From positions 1-64,000 of the IMG/VR virus record IMGVR_UViG_3300025684_000016: a DNA stretch of 64,000 bases; one strand, 5' to 3'. Numbering within the stretch: the stretch's first letter is position 1; every line of letters begins with the position of its first letter. The notes below the pieces were generated by a model. That model did no database searches and was not told the origin of the DNA. It worked only from the letters and a program-made list of their open reading frames with translations. This DNA comes from a virus. The position numbers were made by a program, and so were the translations under genes. Shown piece after piece: positions 9,898-19,711 of the stretch.

Positions 9898-11892
9898 TTA
9901 GTAAGTTCCACCATCAATAACTGTTGAGAAAGTTAAAGAACCATCACTTGATTTGTAACCTAAGATACCATCTAAAACATCTGTTGTTTCAGTTGCAGAA
10001 ACATAACCAAGTACATTTGAACTATTCTTAAATGTAATTGTTGATGAATTAGATCCAGCATCTGCACCACCCGAAGATGAAAGTGTAACATTACCCGCAA
10101 TAAGAGTAGCACCGTCAGCCGAAGCCACAGTAAACTTATTCGTATTATAAGTTAATGTTGTACCGTTGTCACCTATTAAAGAGTCACCGATATTATTATC
10201 ACCTGTTGATTTTGGTACAGTGTTAGTTGTTAATGAAGTTTCACTTCCGTATGTTCCAGCAGTTGTTCCAATCAATTTACTTGATTCTCCCGATGCAGAA
10301 ACAAACATCCAATAATCTTCTTTTGAATCCCAAACAAGAGATGCCGAAACACCTGTTGAACCTGAGTCAATTACTTCAAAACCTGCGTATCTCTCAAAAG
10401 GAGAGTATGCATTTAATCTAATAATGTTATCGTCAATTTCTAATGTCTGTGATTGAATTGTCACAGAAGTTGCGTCCCCTAAAATTTCTAAGTTACCCGA
10501 TATTGACACATTACCACCTAAAGTTGTAGTTCCTGTTACAGATAAATTTTCTTCAATATCAACACTATTTTCTAATGTTGCAAGTCCTGTTACATTTAAT
10601 GTGTTATTAACTGTTACCGTACCTGTTGTTCTTGTGTTTCCTGTAACTCCTAAATTACCACCAATATCAACTCCACTCTTAAGTGTTGCAGATCCTGTAA
10701 CTAATAAATTAGAATTTATACCAACATTTCCTTTTAATTCAGATGTTGTTCCAACTACTAATGAACCACCAGCACTTACGTTAGTACCTACTGTTGTACC
10801 ATCAACTGTTAAAACATTAGTTGTTTTGTCATATGTTAACTCAGCGTCATCCTGAAGACTGTCTCCGTCAGCCGCAAATGAAATTCTATTTACTGTTAAT
10901 GGAGTTCCATTATTATCTACTAAGGTTTCACCTTGTACCCTTGAGTCTAACGTGTCTTGTACTAATTTGTTACTCCCATCTAAACCAATAAAGATTGTTG
11001 TATCTCCGTCAGGAACATTTGATAGTTCAATATATCCTGAATTTACAGTAATTGTATCTGAACTTGCATCACCTAAGGTAATGTTACCTTTTAAGTCTGT
11101 AGTTCCTGATACTGTTAGGTCACCTGGTAGTGCCAAACTGTTTACGGCTAACCCACCTTCAAGTTCTAAATCTTGAATGTGTGCCGTCCCACTTACGTAT
11201 AATTCTCTCCATGCTTTAGTTGTAGAACCTAAGTCATATGTATCGTTTACGTCGGGTATGAATGAAGATGCTATATCCGCACCGAACGAAACAAAGTCTG
11301 ATGATGAATCACCAACAGTAATATTTCCACCTAAGTTTATATTACCCGCAATGTCGGCATCACCTGTAAGTTTTAAATTAGAACCTGTGATTTCACCCGA
11401 AATAAGTTTACCAACTGTTGCCGTAGATGTAACACCTAAAGTACCTTCAATAGTTTGGTTTCCCGTTACCGTTACCGTACCACCTGTTATGTTAGTGATA
11501 GATGCGTTTGAACCCGTTAAAGATGTAATAGTTACATTGGAAATACTATTCCCTTCCATGTTACCTGTTAAATCAAGTCTTTGATTTCCAACACCATCGT
11601 TGTTAAGGATATATAACGACTGATTTCCCGAAGCGTGGAACGGTGTTCCGTCCAGAATTGATCCGTAAGTACCAGCGGCTATAGTTGGTGCCGTAGTACC
11701 TCCATAGATTTTTGATGTAGGTTTAAATGCTCCGGCAACTCCTTCGTCAGAAGAAACTGGGGAACCAATGAATACGAAAGGTCCCGACAAATCTGAGATA
11801 GATCCCGAAGCAACAAGGATTTCCCCATTACGTGTCGTCGTCGTCTTTAGACTATCAATCGATCCTCTCCTGTGTTTAATAATTTGAGCCAT
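9898..11892 (-). CDS. Tail fibre-like structural protein
   Basis: MAQIIKHRRGS N-terminus; G/N/T/V-rich beta-repeats; C-terminal IDGGTY; shares the DNxIxLN..S(G/A)SLxWD module with neighbours. Confidence 0.7.
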   Translation of the reverse strand: MAQIIKHRRGSIDSLKTTTTRNGEILVASGSISDLSGPFVFIGSPVSSDEGVAGAFKPTSKIYGGTTAPTIAAGTYGSILDGTPFHASGNQSLYILNNDGVGNQRLDLTGNMEGNSISNVTITSLTGSNASITNITGGTVTVTGNQTIEGTLGVTSTATVGKLISGEITGSNLKLTGDADIAGNINLGGNITVGDSSSDFVSFGADIASSFIPDVNDTYDLGSTTKAWRELYVSGTAHIQDLELEGGLAVNSLALPGDLTVSGTTDLKGNITLGDASSDTITVNSGYIELSNVPDGDTTIFIGLDGSNKLVQDTLDSRVQGETLVDNNGTPLTVNRISFAADGDSLQDDAELTYDKTTNVLTVDGTTVGTNVSAGGSLVVGTTSELKGNVGINSNLLVTGSATLKSGVDIGGNLGVTGNTRTTGTVTVNNTLNVTGLATLENSVDIEENLSVTGTTTLGGNVSISGNLEILGDATSVTIQSQTLEIDDNIIRLNAYSPFERYAGFEVIDSGSTGVSASLVWDSKEDYWMFVSASGESSKLIGTTAGTYGSETSLTTNTVPKSTGDNNIGDSLIGDNGTTLTYNTNKFTVASADGATLIAGNVTLSSSGGADAGSNSSTITFKNSSNVLGYVSATETTDVLDGILGYKSSDGSLTFSTVIDGGTY

Positions 11893-11939
11893 CTGTTTTT
11901 TTATTTAAAGTTTTAATTTTATTATAAATATCATCGTAA

Positions 11940-13148
11940 TTAGAAACCACCTAAATCCATGACACTATTATTCGATCTATCACCTATATTTCCTAAATTT
12001 TCAATATTAAGTGATGCTGATCTTATTTGATTATCTATTTGGTTCTTTAATATACTCATTGCTCCTGAAACAATTAAAGAGTCGTCACCTATGTTTTGAG
12101 ACTGTAATATTGTTTGTCCCTCAACCTTAAGATCACCTCTAATTATAACAGAACCTGTCACTTCTAAGTCTGAAGTTGCTGACCAATGTGATCCCGAGTT
12201 ACCCCATATAAGGTCTTCTCTCCTCGCAATTGGTAATTCCGAACCCTGTGGTCCCGCAATCCATTCATCGTTCACTGTGTCCCATAAGAGAGACCCTGAC
12301 ACTAAGTTTGGAGCTGAAGTATCTTTTATACTAATACCACCGAAATTAGACTCATTACCATTTAATTCAATTATATTATCATTAACAACTACTGTTTCGG
12401 ATAATGACGACGTAAAACTACCATGGACCGTAAAATCACCACCAAGACTTAAAGACCCTGTGATCTGTAAATCATTTGTTGTTGAATAGAAGGAACCTGT
12501 TGGTTTAAAAATGTCCTGAATACTATCAGGATTACTACTGTCAAGTTGCTCACTTAATGTTCTACCAACATATTGGTAAGCACTTAAATAAACGTATCTG
12601 TTTGAAGATGGTGTACCACTTTTAAATTGTACAACACCCGTCTTAAAGTCAAACGAGTAAGTTGATGGTTGAACTAAATCACTTGGTGATGGTGATGATG
12701 AATTTGTTGAAACATATAATTTAACACCGTAACCCGCAGTACCATCTTCAACTGTTGAGTTAGATAATGAGGAATCAGAATACTTTGGTGATATAAAATT
12801 AATCTCTTGGTTTGAGTCAATTAACTGAGCACCGATTCCGTTATCAACACCTACTGGGTTCAAAAAGAACCACACTTCATTGTTTAAATCTGATTTGGTT
12901 AGTTTATGTCTAAACCAATATTTCAACACATTGAATCCTGTTGTAGGATCCGCATATACACTTAAATGGTCACCCGAACTATTAAAAGGTAAGTTGTTGG
13001 ATGGGATAAGTCCCTGATCCACATAAATCTCATTACTATTCAAATCAAGTACGGACGTGAATGATTCTTGAGAATCACTTAAGTTGTTGTGAGTGTATCT
13101 CCTACCTTGTAGGAACCTGGAGGATTTTAAATTACTATCGTATGCCAT
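11940..13148 (-). CDS. Virion structural protein (fibre-related)
   Basis: Shared DNIIELNG..SGSLLWD module; C-terminal DLGGF; lies in the fibre cluster. Confidence 0.6.
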   Translation of the reverse strand: MAYDSNLKSSRFLQGRRYTHNNLSDSQESFTSVLDLNSNEIYVDQGLIPSNNLPFNSSGDHLSVYADPTTGFNVLKYWFRHKLTKSDLNNEVWFFLNPVGVDNGIGAQLIDSNQEINFISPKYSDSSLSNSTVEDGTAGYGVKLYVSTNSSSPSPSDLVQPSTYSFDFKTGVVQFKSGTPSSNRYVYLSAYQYVGRTLSEQLDSSNPDSIQDIFKPTGSFYSTTNDLQITGSLSLGGDFTVHGSFTSSLSETVVVNDNIIELNGNESNFGGISIKDTSAPNLVSGSLLWDTVNDEWIAGPQGSELPIARREDLIWGNSGSHWSATSDLEVTGSVIIRGDLKVEGQTILQSQNIGDDSLIVSGAMSILKNQIDNQIRSASLNIENLGNIGDRSNNSVMDLGGF

Positions 13149-13153
13149 TTTTT

Positions 13154-16100
13154 TTAATTAAAACTTACACTTATACTTGTTAATGGTGTTGGATCTCCTT
13201 GGTATCTCACTAATACCAATATCTCATCGTATGTTGCATTTAAGAACATACCATCTGAGTTTCTTATCGGTAGTGTCCAAGAACCACCAGAACCCGAACC
13301 ACCCGTATTACCGTAGAGATCAATATCACTACCAAATGGATTCGTACCGTCACCATTTGCGTTTATACTATAAATAAAATTTGATAGTGTCTTTGTTGGG
13401 TCGTAGAATCGTGGATTTGAATAAACATTTGTTGATGATGATTCAAACATAATAAGAACCGAAACTTTATTATTATTTTCTATATCATCCCAATTCGTCA
13501 ACGAGTTACCACCACAATTAATTGACATACTTGTCTTAGTTCCTGAAGTGGAGAATTTTCTAACGTAGTATTTGAAGTTACTATCACTATTTGGATTAGG
13601 TAACCAATATCCGTTGTTACCACCCGGTTTAACTAAACGGTTAGGTCTAACTTGTAAGTCTTTAGGACCCATAATATTATATTCACCGTACGAATTGTCC
13701 CACGAATCTTCACCGAAAGAAAGTAAACTATCGGTTAGTTTTAGTCTTCTACCTTCACCACTGAAATTCTCAGATGTGTTAGACGAACCATCATATGTTT
13801 GTGATCTACCATAATAATGTAAACTACCACTTGATGCTGGTTGACCAAAGGTTCCTGAGGTGTGTACGGATCTACTTTCAGAATCTGATCTACTTCCACC
13901 GAATCCAGTTCCATTTATTGAAACCGATTGGTTAGCTGAGGTACCATACGAATTACCAGCACTCCAACTCAAACCTGAATTAAGTTTTATTTTATCATTA
14001 ATGTGTGGAATCGTACCATTAGTTCTAAGATCTGTAAATGTTTCATCGTAAAAAACACCGTTTGTTGATATTCTACCGTTAGAAACACTTGCACTTCTTT
14101 GACCACTATTACCTGACATTGAACCGTGTGTACCGTTTTGGTACAACTTATTAAATGTACCCCCAATGGACCCACTTGCATTAAACGTTGCCGTTTGTAA
14201 GTATGGTGCCCCACTTAAAGATCTTGATGTTGCGGTTAATTGTTCCATAGAATCAATATTTGCCGAAACACCTAAATTAGTTGACCCTATACCACTTTCA
14301 ATTGTCGGCATTGGTCCATATAGTATCTCAGTATTACTCTCTATTGGTGTAGTAAAATCACTTGACCCACTTGCTATAGATATCGAACTTGATATATGGT
14401 AATACCCAATATCGTCTATAGTATTACCAGCATTTAGTATTGTTGGGTTAAATACGTTCGAATATTTACCATCTTGGTAACCAGCAGGGATTAATTCAGG
14501 ATTTGCAGATTCAATTCTACCAAGAGTAACTCCGTTGGTAGTTCCTGCGCCTGATTGTGTTATTAAATGATTAGAACTCGATTCTTCTAATAAAACCCTG
14601 TTATGATCAAACTTTTTAAATGTAAAAGAACCCGAAACTTTAAACGTTGTAGGTGTACCACTACTTAATCTACCTAAACCAAATAAATTACCATCGTTTG
14701 ACGATCGAACACTCGTTGAACCACCATATCTACTTGTAAATGAGTGTCTATAGTTACTATTTGTATAAAAAGTACCAAATGATCCTAATATTGTTCCACC
14801 AATAGACGCAAAACCCGCGTCAACTAACTCAAGTAATGTTGTATTTGTCGTTCCTGAAGGAAGATATCCGTTAATACCTGAATCTGTCGATGTATTGAAT
14901 GTGTTTTTGGTATATCCGTTATAATATTTTGTATTTGGTGATGCATCAGGTGCTGATGAGGATAATAACCCCGCCATGAACCTAATAATCTCCGAAACGT
15001 CTGTGTTTTCGTTAAAATTATTAAAATACGAACCATTCATGGTTCCCCACTCATTTGAGGTTGGTTGTCCCACGTTAATATTTTCAGCATGTAGTGATTT
15101 ATGAACTCTAACACCGTATTTACCAGTGATTGAACCATCAGGTGAATCTAATCCACTACCTGATATTTGTAGATTCTCCGCAGTTCCATAATACGATCCT
15201 GTTTGTTGGAATATGTTACTTGCTCCAATATCTATCTGAGCTTGTTCAATTGCATCACTTAAAGATGACGAAACATCGTCTAATTCTTGATCTGTTGCGT
15301 AAGTATCATCTAAAGAACTACTAAAAAGTTCTAACCCGTCAATCCTTGTTTCATGATCAGACCCTGTCGTTTCTAATTCGACTAACCTACCATCATGTAA
15401 TGTGAATGTGGAATCAACCGATTGTGATAATTCGTTTATCGAAGATGATAATGACGATGATAAATCAGTTAGGTCATTATTAACCTGATCAAAAGATGAG
15501 GATACTGACTGTGATAAATCATTTATTGATGATGATAATGAAGACGATAATTCACTTATTGATCCTGATAATGAAGACGATAAATCTGTTAATTGTTGGT
15601 CTGTCGCAAATGTCGCATCTAATGAAGAACTAAATAACTCTAAGTCAACCAACCTACCGTCATGTAGGGTAAACGTAGAGTCGACAGATGAAGATAATTC
15701 GTTTATTGATGATGATAATGATGAGGATAAATCTGTTAAATCCGTATTGACTTGGTCAAACGACGACGACACTGATTGTGATAAATCATTAATCGATGAC
15801 GATATTGAAGACGATAAGTCACTAATAAACTCACTGTTTTCGTTAAAGGATGATGAAACAGATTGGGATAATTCATTAATTGACGAAGATATAGAAGATG
15901 ATAAATCACTAATAAACTCACTGTTTTCGTTAAAAGACGAGGATACTGATTGGGATAATTCATTAATTGATGAGGATAGTGATGATGAAAGTGTTGTTAA
16001 TTCACTCTCAACCACTAAATTCTCTTCACTCCCTAATTGACCACCGATCCATCTATCGTTTGTCGTGTCCCATAATAATGAACCTGAAACAAGATTTGGA

Positions 16101-16468
16101 CTTGTTGGGTCTTTTATTAATAATCCACCATATTTTTCTTCACTACCATTTAATTCAATGATATTATCATCTAATATCACCGTTTCCGATTTAACTGATG
16201 TAAAAGTACCTAAAACATTAAGACCCCCTTTAACGGTTAAGTTTGAACCCGTAAACTCCAATGAGTTGGAGACAGACCCTGTAAATGAATTAAGACCCTC
16301 AAGACTAAATTTTACATCTAATGATTCAGAAATATTAGTCCCACCTATCACTAAATTGTCCGCGTAAACGGATCCCAAAGAAGATGATGGGTTACCTAAT
16401 GTAATATTAGATCCCGATACAACATTTTCAGTTGCAATTTGTTCCCAGTATATTTGTTGTAAAGCCAT
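13154..16468 (-). CDS. Large Ser-rich virion structural protein with coiled-coil repeats
   Basis: 1104 aa; DNIIELNG..SGSLLWD module; 29-aa Ser-rich repeats; TATTTAT motif upstream. Confidence 0.65.
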   Translation of the reverse strand: MALQQIYWEQIATENVVSGSNITLGNPSSSLGSVYADNLVIGGTNISESLDVKFSLEGLNSFTGSVSNSLEFTGSNLTVKGGLNVLGTFTSVKSETVILDDNIIELNGSEEKYGGLLIKDPTSPNLVSGSLLWDTTNDRWIGGQLGSEENLVVESELTTLSSSLSSSINELSQSVSSSFNENSEFISDLSSSISSSINELSQSVSSSFNENSEFISDLSSSISSSINDLSQSVSSSFDQVNTDLTDLSSSLSSSINELSSSVDSTFTLHDGRLVDLELFSSSLDATFATDQQLTDLSSSLSGSISELSSSLSSSINDLSQSVSSSFDQVNNDLTDLSSSLSSSINELSQSVDSTFTLHDGRLVELETTGSDHETRIDGLELFSSSLDDTYATDQELDDVSSSLSDAIEQAQIDIGASNIFQQTGSYYGTAENLQISGSGLDSPDGSITGKYGVRVHKSLHAENINVGQPTSNEWGTMNGSYFNNFNENTDVSEIIRFMAGLLSSSAPDASPNTKYYNGYTKNTFNTSTDSGINGYLPSGTTNTTLLELVDAGFASIGGTILGSFGTFYTNSNYRHSFTSRYGGSTSVRSSNDGNLFGLGRLSSGTPTTFKVSGSFTFKKFDHNRVLLEESSSNHLITQSGAGTTNGVTLGRIESANPELIPAGYQDGKYSNVFNPTILNAGNTIDDIGYYHISSSISIASGSSDFTTPIESNTEILYGPMPTIESGIGSTNLGVSANIDSMEQLTATSRSLSGAPYLQTATFNASGSIGGTFNKLYQNGTHGSMSGNSGQRSASVSNGRISTNGVFYDETFTDLRTNGTIPHINDKIKLNSGLSWSAGNSYGTSANQSVSINGTGFGGSRSDSESRSVHTSGTFGQPASSGSLHYYGRSQTYDGSSNTSENFSGEGRRLKLTDSLLSFGEDSWDNSYGEYNIMGPKDLQVRPNRLVKPGGNNGYWLPNPNSDSNFKYYVRKFSTSGTKTSMSINCGGNSLTNWDDIENNNKVSVLIMFESSSTNVYSNPRFYDPTKTLSNFIYSINANGDGTNPFGSDIDLYGNTGGSGSGGSWTLPIRNSDGMFLNATYDEILVLVRYQGDPTPLTSISVSFN

Positions 16469-16516
16469 CTCTAAAAGTCCTTTTACATAAATACTTTTGT
16501 TTATCTTCTTGAATAC

Positions 16517-16551
16517 AAAAAAGGAAGACTTTTTTTAAAATCTCCCTTTTT
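16517..16551 (-). terminator. Probable intrinsic terminator after the glutaredoxin gene
   Basis: Minus strand GGGAGATT..AGTCTTCC stem with G-U pairs, followed by a T run. Confidence 0.55.
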
Positions 16552-16553
16552 AA

Positions 16554-16817
16554 TCAGATATTATGTAAAATTTGTTCTATAAAGTGGTCCTCATCGTCCA
16601 CATTTAGACCCGGCATTAATAAAACACCTTTTCTTTTTTCTTCGTTTCTAAAGAACACAGTTGGTAAAGTGTCCATTTTTGTTTGTTCTATAATTTGACC
16701 CCATAAAAATGAGTGTTCGTCAATATCATACTCCTCATATTGTATATTCTCCTTACTTAATCTTTCTTTTAAGTTTTCACAATGAGAACAACCCTTTAAT
16801 GTGAAGACACAAACCAC
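16554..16817 (-). CDS. Glutaredoxin/NrdH-like protein
   Basis: FTLKGCSHC CxxC motif, EYDID, TLPTVF cis-Pro motif; GTG start overlapping the Trx stop. Confidence 0.8.
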   Translation of the reverse strand: MVCVFTLKGCSHCENLKERLSKENIQYEEYDIDEHSFLWGQIIEQTKMDTLPTVFFRNEEKRKGVLLMPGLNVDDEDHFIEQILHNI

Positions 16818-17125
16818 TACAACATACTATCTATGACCGTAGTATAATCACTGTCAGGTTTTGCACCAATACTTTTATTCATTATGGTCTCACCATTGTA
16901 TATGATTACGGTAGGTACGTTTCTAATACCCAATTCCATAGCAAAGTCTCCGTGTTCATCAACATTTACCTTAACGAAATGAACGTCAGGGTACTTATCC
17001 GATAGTGACTCTAATCGTGGTATTAATGACTTACATGGACCACACCATGGTGCCCAAAAATCAACTAATACTTTCTCACCTTTACTTAAAAGGGACTTTA
17101 CTTCTTGTGTTGTTAAATCTTTCAT
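16817..17125 (-). CDS. trxA: Thioredoxin
   Basis: VDFWAPWCGPCK active site, KVNVDE, IRNVPT. Confidence 0.95.
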   Translation of the reverse strand: MKDLTTQEVKSLLSKGEKVLVDFWAPWCGPCKSLIPRLESLSDKYPDVHFVKVNVDEHGDFAMELGIRNVPTVIIYNGETIMNKSIGAKPDSDYTTVIDSML

Positions 17126-17131
17126 TAAATT

Positions 17132-17431
17132 CTATTTTCCTTGTTTTATTATTTTAACCAAACCTCGTTCATCAATAAATATTTTAGGTTCGTAGAAAGA
17201 ATCAGGTCTTTTTGATATTTCTATTGCCCTCATTGTTTGTTTTACTGCTTCAAATTGTGGTAGGTCTAATGTTGGGTCTCCTTTTGTTGAAAAGTTTTTT
17301 TGTGCCAACTCTGTGACCATATCAAAAAATTTCTCCTCATTTAAGTTTTTTAAGAAATAGTTCTTAGCATTTTCGTTTTTCTTAAAGTACCCCCTTAGTT
17401 TGTTTATGTATATTATAATCTCAGGATCCAA
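17132..17431 (-). CDS. Hypothetical protein
   Basis: 99-aa ORF (TTG start) packed between the MTase and trxA. Confidence 0.6.
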   Translation of the reverse strand: MDPEIIIYINKLRGYFKKNENAKNYFLKNLNEEKFFDMVTELAQKNFSTKGDPTLDLPQFEAVKQTMRAIEISKRPDSFYEPKIFIDERGLVKIIKQGK

Positions 17432-17454
17432 CGTTATTTTGTGTTAAACATAGA

Positions 17455-18363
17455 TTATGAGTAATCTCCCTCACCAAAAAGTGTTAGTTGTTGACCAATC
17501 ACGTGGTTCGGGGTACCATAATTCATTATCAGGAGTTCCATTCCATCGTTTTGTGTTCCATCTTTTTTAGCTGCCGCTGATTTCTTGAATGCCTTCTCCT
17601 CCCATTTATATTCTGTTAGTGGGAACCATTCACGTAAAAGTGGGAAGTCGTAATAAGATAAACTAAATTTACCTTTGATATTCTGTAAACAATTCGCTAA
17701 CCTTTCATGATCTAATCGATCAAAGTCGTGATTAGAATAATAGTTTTCTGTTTTCCAATACGGTGGATCCACGTAAAAATATGTTGTAGGTGAATCATAT
17801 TTACAAATCACCTCACTAAAATCTTCATTCTCAACAAAGGTTATCTTGTCGAAATGTTCTCTGAATTTAGGATTCTTTAACTTATCCATAAATATTAAAA
17901 CCTTACAACGGTACTTACCTTTATAATCTGTGTAGTTAGATGATTCAGGTTTTGATCCTGAAAATATCTGTGTTAGAACATAAACGTATTTACCCGCAGC
18001 GTCGTAATTAGGTTCATCACCAATTACATAATCGGGGTGAAATACCTCCTCTTGACATGTATTAAAGAATTCCCTACATTTTGGTGGTGTAATCTCTTGA
18101 CCAACCACTTGTATATATTCACTGTATTTGTCCAATTCGTCCCACATCTTATCATAGTCTAAGGAACATTTAATTAGGTTTGCATTTAACCCATTAAAGT
18201 CATTGTAAACGACAGTATTAAGATTTGGGTACTCTTTTAAATCCATGTTGAAAAAGACCCAAAACATCCCTGAGAATGTCTCCACATATGTTTCAATATC
18301 TTTCGGTATAAATGGGACAATCCATTTCCCAATACGTGCTTTTCCTCCAATGTAACTTATCAT
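17455..18363 (-). CDS. dam: DNA adenine methyltransferase (Dam/D12 class)
   Basis: ISYIGGK, YVETFSG motif I, YNDFN, FYVDPPY catalytic motif, ELLIMNY end; target sequence unknown. Confidence 0.9.
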   Translation of the reverse strand: MISYIGGKARIGKWIVPFIPKDIETYVETFSGMFWVFFNMDLKEYPNLNTVVYNDFNGLNANLIKCSLDYDKMWDELDKYSEYIQVVGQEITPPKCREFFNTCQEEVFHPDYVIGDEPNYDAAGKYVYVLTQIFSGSKPESSNYTDYKGKYRCKVLIFMDKLKNPKFREHFDKITFVENEDFSEVICKYDSPTTYFYVDPPYWKTENYYSNHDFDRLDHERLANCLQNIKGKFSLSYYDFPLLREWFPLTEYKWEEKAFKKSAAAKKDGTQNDGMELLIMNYGTPNHVIGQQLTLFGEGDYS

Positions 18364-18391
18364 TTGCTTCTTATTAGATGTTCTTGTATAA

Positions 18392-18420
18392 AATATAACT
18401 AAAATAAGTCACGTTATCAA
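18392..18420 (-). promoter_or_regulatory. Putative early/host-type promoter TTGATA-N17-TATATT for the MTase operon
   Basis: Counted 17-nt spacer; the same architecture recurs upstream of several non-structural genes. Confidence 0.6.
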
Positions 18421-18430
18421 CCCCCCACTC

Positions 18431-18459
18431 TTGATTATTGGATAATTATTATATATATT
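18431..18459 (+). promoter_or_regulatory. Putative promoter TTGATT-N17-TATATT, divergent from the MTase promoter
   Basis: Counted 17-nt spacer; ends 5 nt before the ATG at 18465. Confidence 0.6.
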
Positions 18460-18464
18460 TAATT

Positions 18465-18626
18465 ATGGCGTGTAGTAAATGTAAAAAACAAAAACAGAGG
18501 GAAGAGGTTTTAGCTGAAGTAGCAAAGGTAGAACGACCAATTAAGATATTCCTTGTTGTCGTTTTTGGTTTAGGTATGTGGGGGTTAGTATCTTTAATTG
18601 GGTACGTAGTCAACTTGTTTGGTTAA
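18465..18626 (+). CDS. Small membrane protein with N-terminal CxxC (MACSKCKK...)
   Basis: ATG at 18465 follows the promoter; C-terminal hydrophobic helix; the track's TTG start at 18438 lies inside the promoter. Confidence 0.65.
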   Translation: MACSKCKKQKQREEVLAEVAKVERPIKIFLVVVFGLGMWGLVSLIGYVVNLFG

Positions 18627-19270
18627 TGAAGAAACGGAAGTATAAAATAATACTATTCTGTAATCAAAAGAGAAAAAAACTCATCTACCAAACAATTAGT
18701 TTACCAGCAATAAGAGATTTGTGGTATGAACTAAAAACTGAAAAAAAACCTCGTTATGTAAAAGAGTTTGGTGGTAAGAGGAATTTAAGTCTCTCATACG
18801 AACTTGCACTAATTTATCCTGATAATCGTTGGGCTAAATCTAAAACAATTACTAAACGAGACGAAATTGGAAGATTGATAAACGTCAGTGCCAGTGAAAA
18901 GGGGTATAGAATGAAAGAACTCATTCCTTATTGGGAAGAAGAAAAAGTTTATGATCATGACAATAAGAAAAGAATTCGTTACCATGAACTTCTAAAGATA
19001 TTTGACAAAGTCGATGAAATTGCACAAATTTTCACATTAAATAATAAGATATTTCTTCAGATTGAAAATGAAGTCAGGATGTTTGGTAATAAGAACCTAA
19101 GTGATTCTGAAAGACTATTCAACATTTTAAAGGAAGATCTTCTCGATAAGAGAAAGGGTAATTTTATATTTGTTAAAGATGTAACAACCACACAAAGAAA
19201 AAACCTTTATCCTCTATTAGAGAAAAAAGGTTATAAAAGAACTGATTTATTTAGACATTACTCTTACTAA
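18626..19270 (+). CDS. Hypothetical basic protein
   Basis: Likely ATG at 18626 overlapping the previous TAA (TAATG); 214 aa, Lys-rich. Confidence 0.7.
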   Translation: MKKRKYKIILFCNQKRKKLIYQTISLPAIRDLWYELKTEKKPRYVKEFGGKRNLSLSYELALIYPDNRWAKSKTITKRDEIGRLINVSASEKGYRMKELIPYWEEEKVYDHDNKKRIRYHELLKIFDKVDEIAQIFTLNNKIFLQIENEVRMFGNKNLSDSERLFNILKEDLLDKRKGNFIFVKDVTTTQRKNLYPLLEKKGYKRTDLFRHYSY

Positions 19271-19499
19271 AGACATATATACATTCTCCAATACCAACAG
19301 AGAATACTTCACCCTCATCATCTATCTTATCATTATACTTAGTTTTAAGGTAATCTCTCACTCGATCATACTCTTCAACATCAAGTTCAAATAGTAACGT
19401 AGGTTTCTTAACCTCTAAATTCATCTTTTCAGTTAAATCCGCAATTATCGCTAATTGGTTTAATAGGTCACCTTTTTTTTCTTTATTGTCTCCCATCAC
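19251..19499 (-). CDS. Hypothetical protein
   Basis: 82-aa ORF in a compact operon. Confidence 0.6.
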   Translation of the reverse strand: MMGDNKEKKGDLLNQLAIIADLTEKMNLEVKKPTLLFELDVEEYDRVRDYLKTKYNDKIDDEGEVFSVGIGECIYVFSKSNV

Positions 19500-19711
19500 A
19501 TACCCAATATTTTACCCACCCTAAGTAAGAGTATTTTTAGTTTACTTTTTTTCTTTATCGTTGGTGGGATGAATATATCCTCCTTCTTCGTCTTCAGTAG
19601 TTCCTGAATCATCTTCTTCTTGTGTGTCTCCACCAGTAGTTGATCCTTCTGCACTTCCTTCTCCAACCAAGCTAAGTCCTTCGTTTTCGATTTCTTTATC
19701 ATTCTTTTCAA
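19496..19711 (-). CDS. Hypothetical Lys-rich protein (start possibly 19702), overlapping the upstream gene
   Basis: Helical/coiled-coil-like sequence; stop overlaps the next start. Confidence 0.5.
   Translation of the reverse strand: MKRMIKKSKTKDLAWLEKEVQKDQLLVETHKKKMIQELLKTKKEDIFIPPTIKKKSKLKILLLRVGKILGM

Noticed and set aside
1095-16367. Many short plus-strand and alternate-frame ORFs inside the fibre genes (similar ones occur throughout the window)
   Set aside because: Fully nested in long ORFs with recognisable motifs; composition matches antisense or frame shadows
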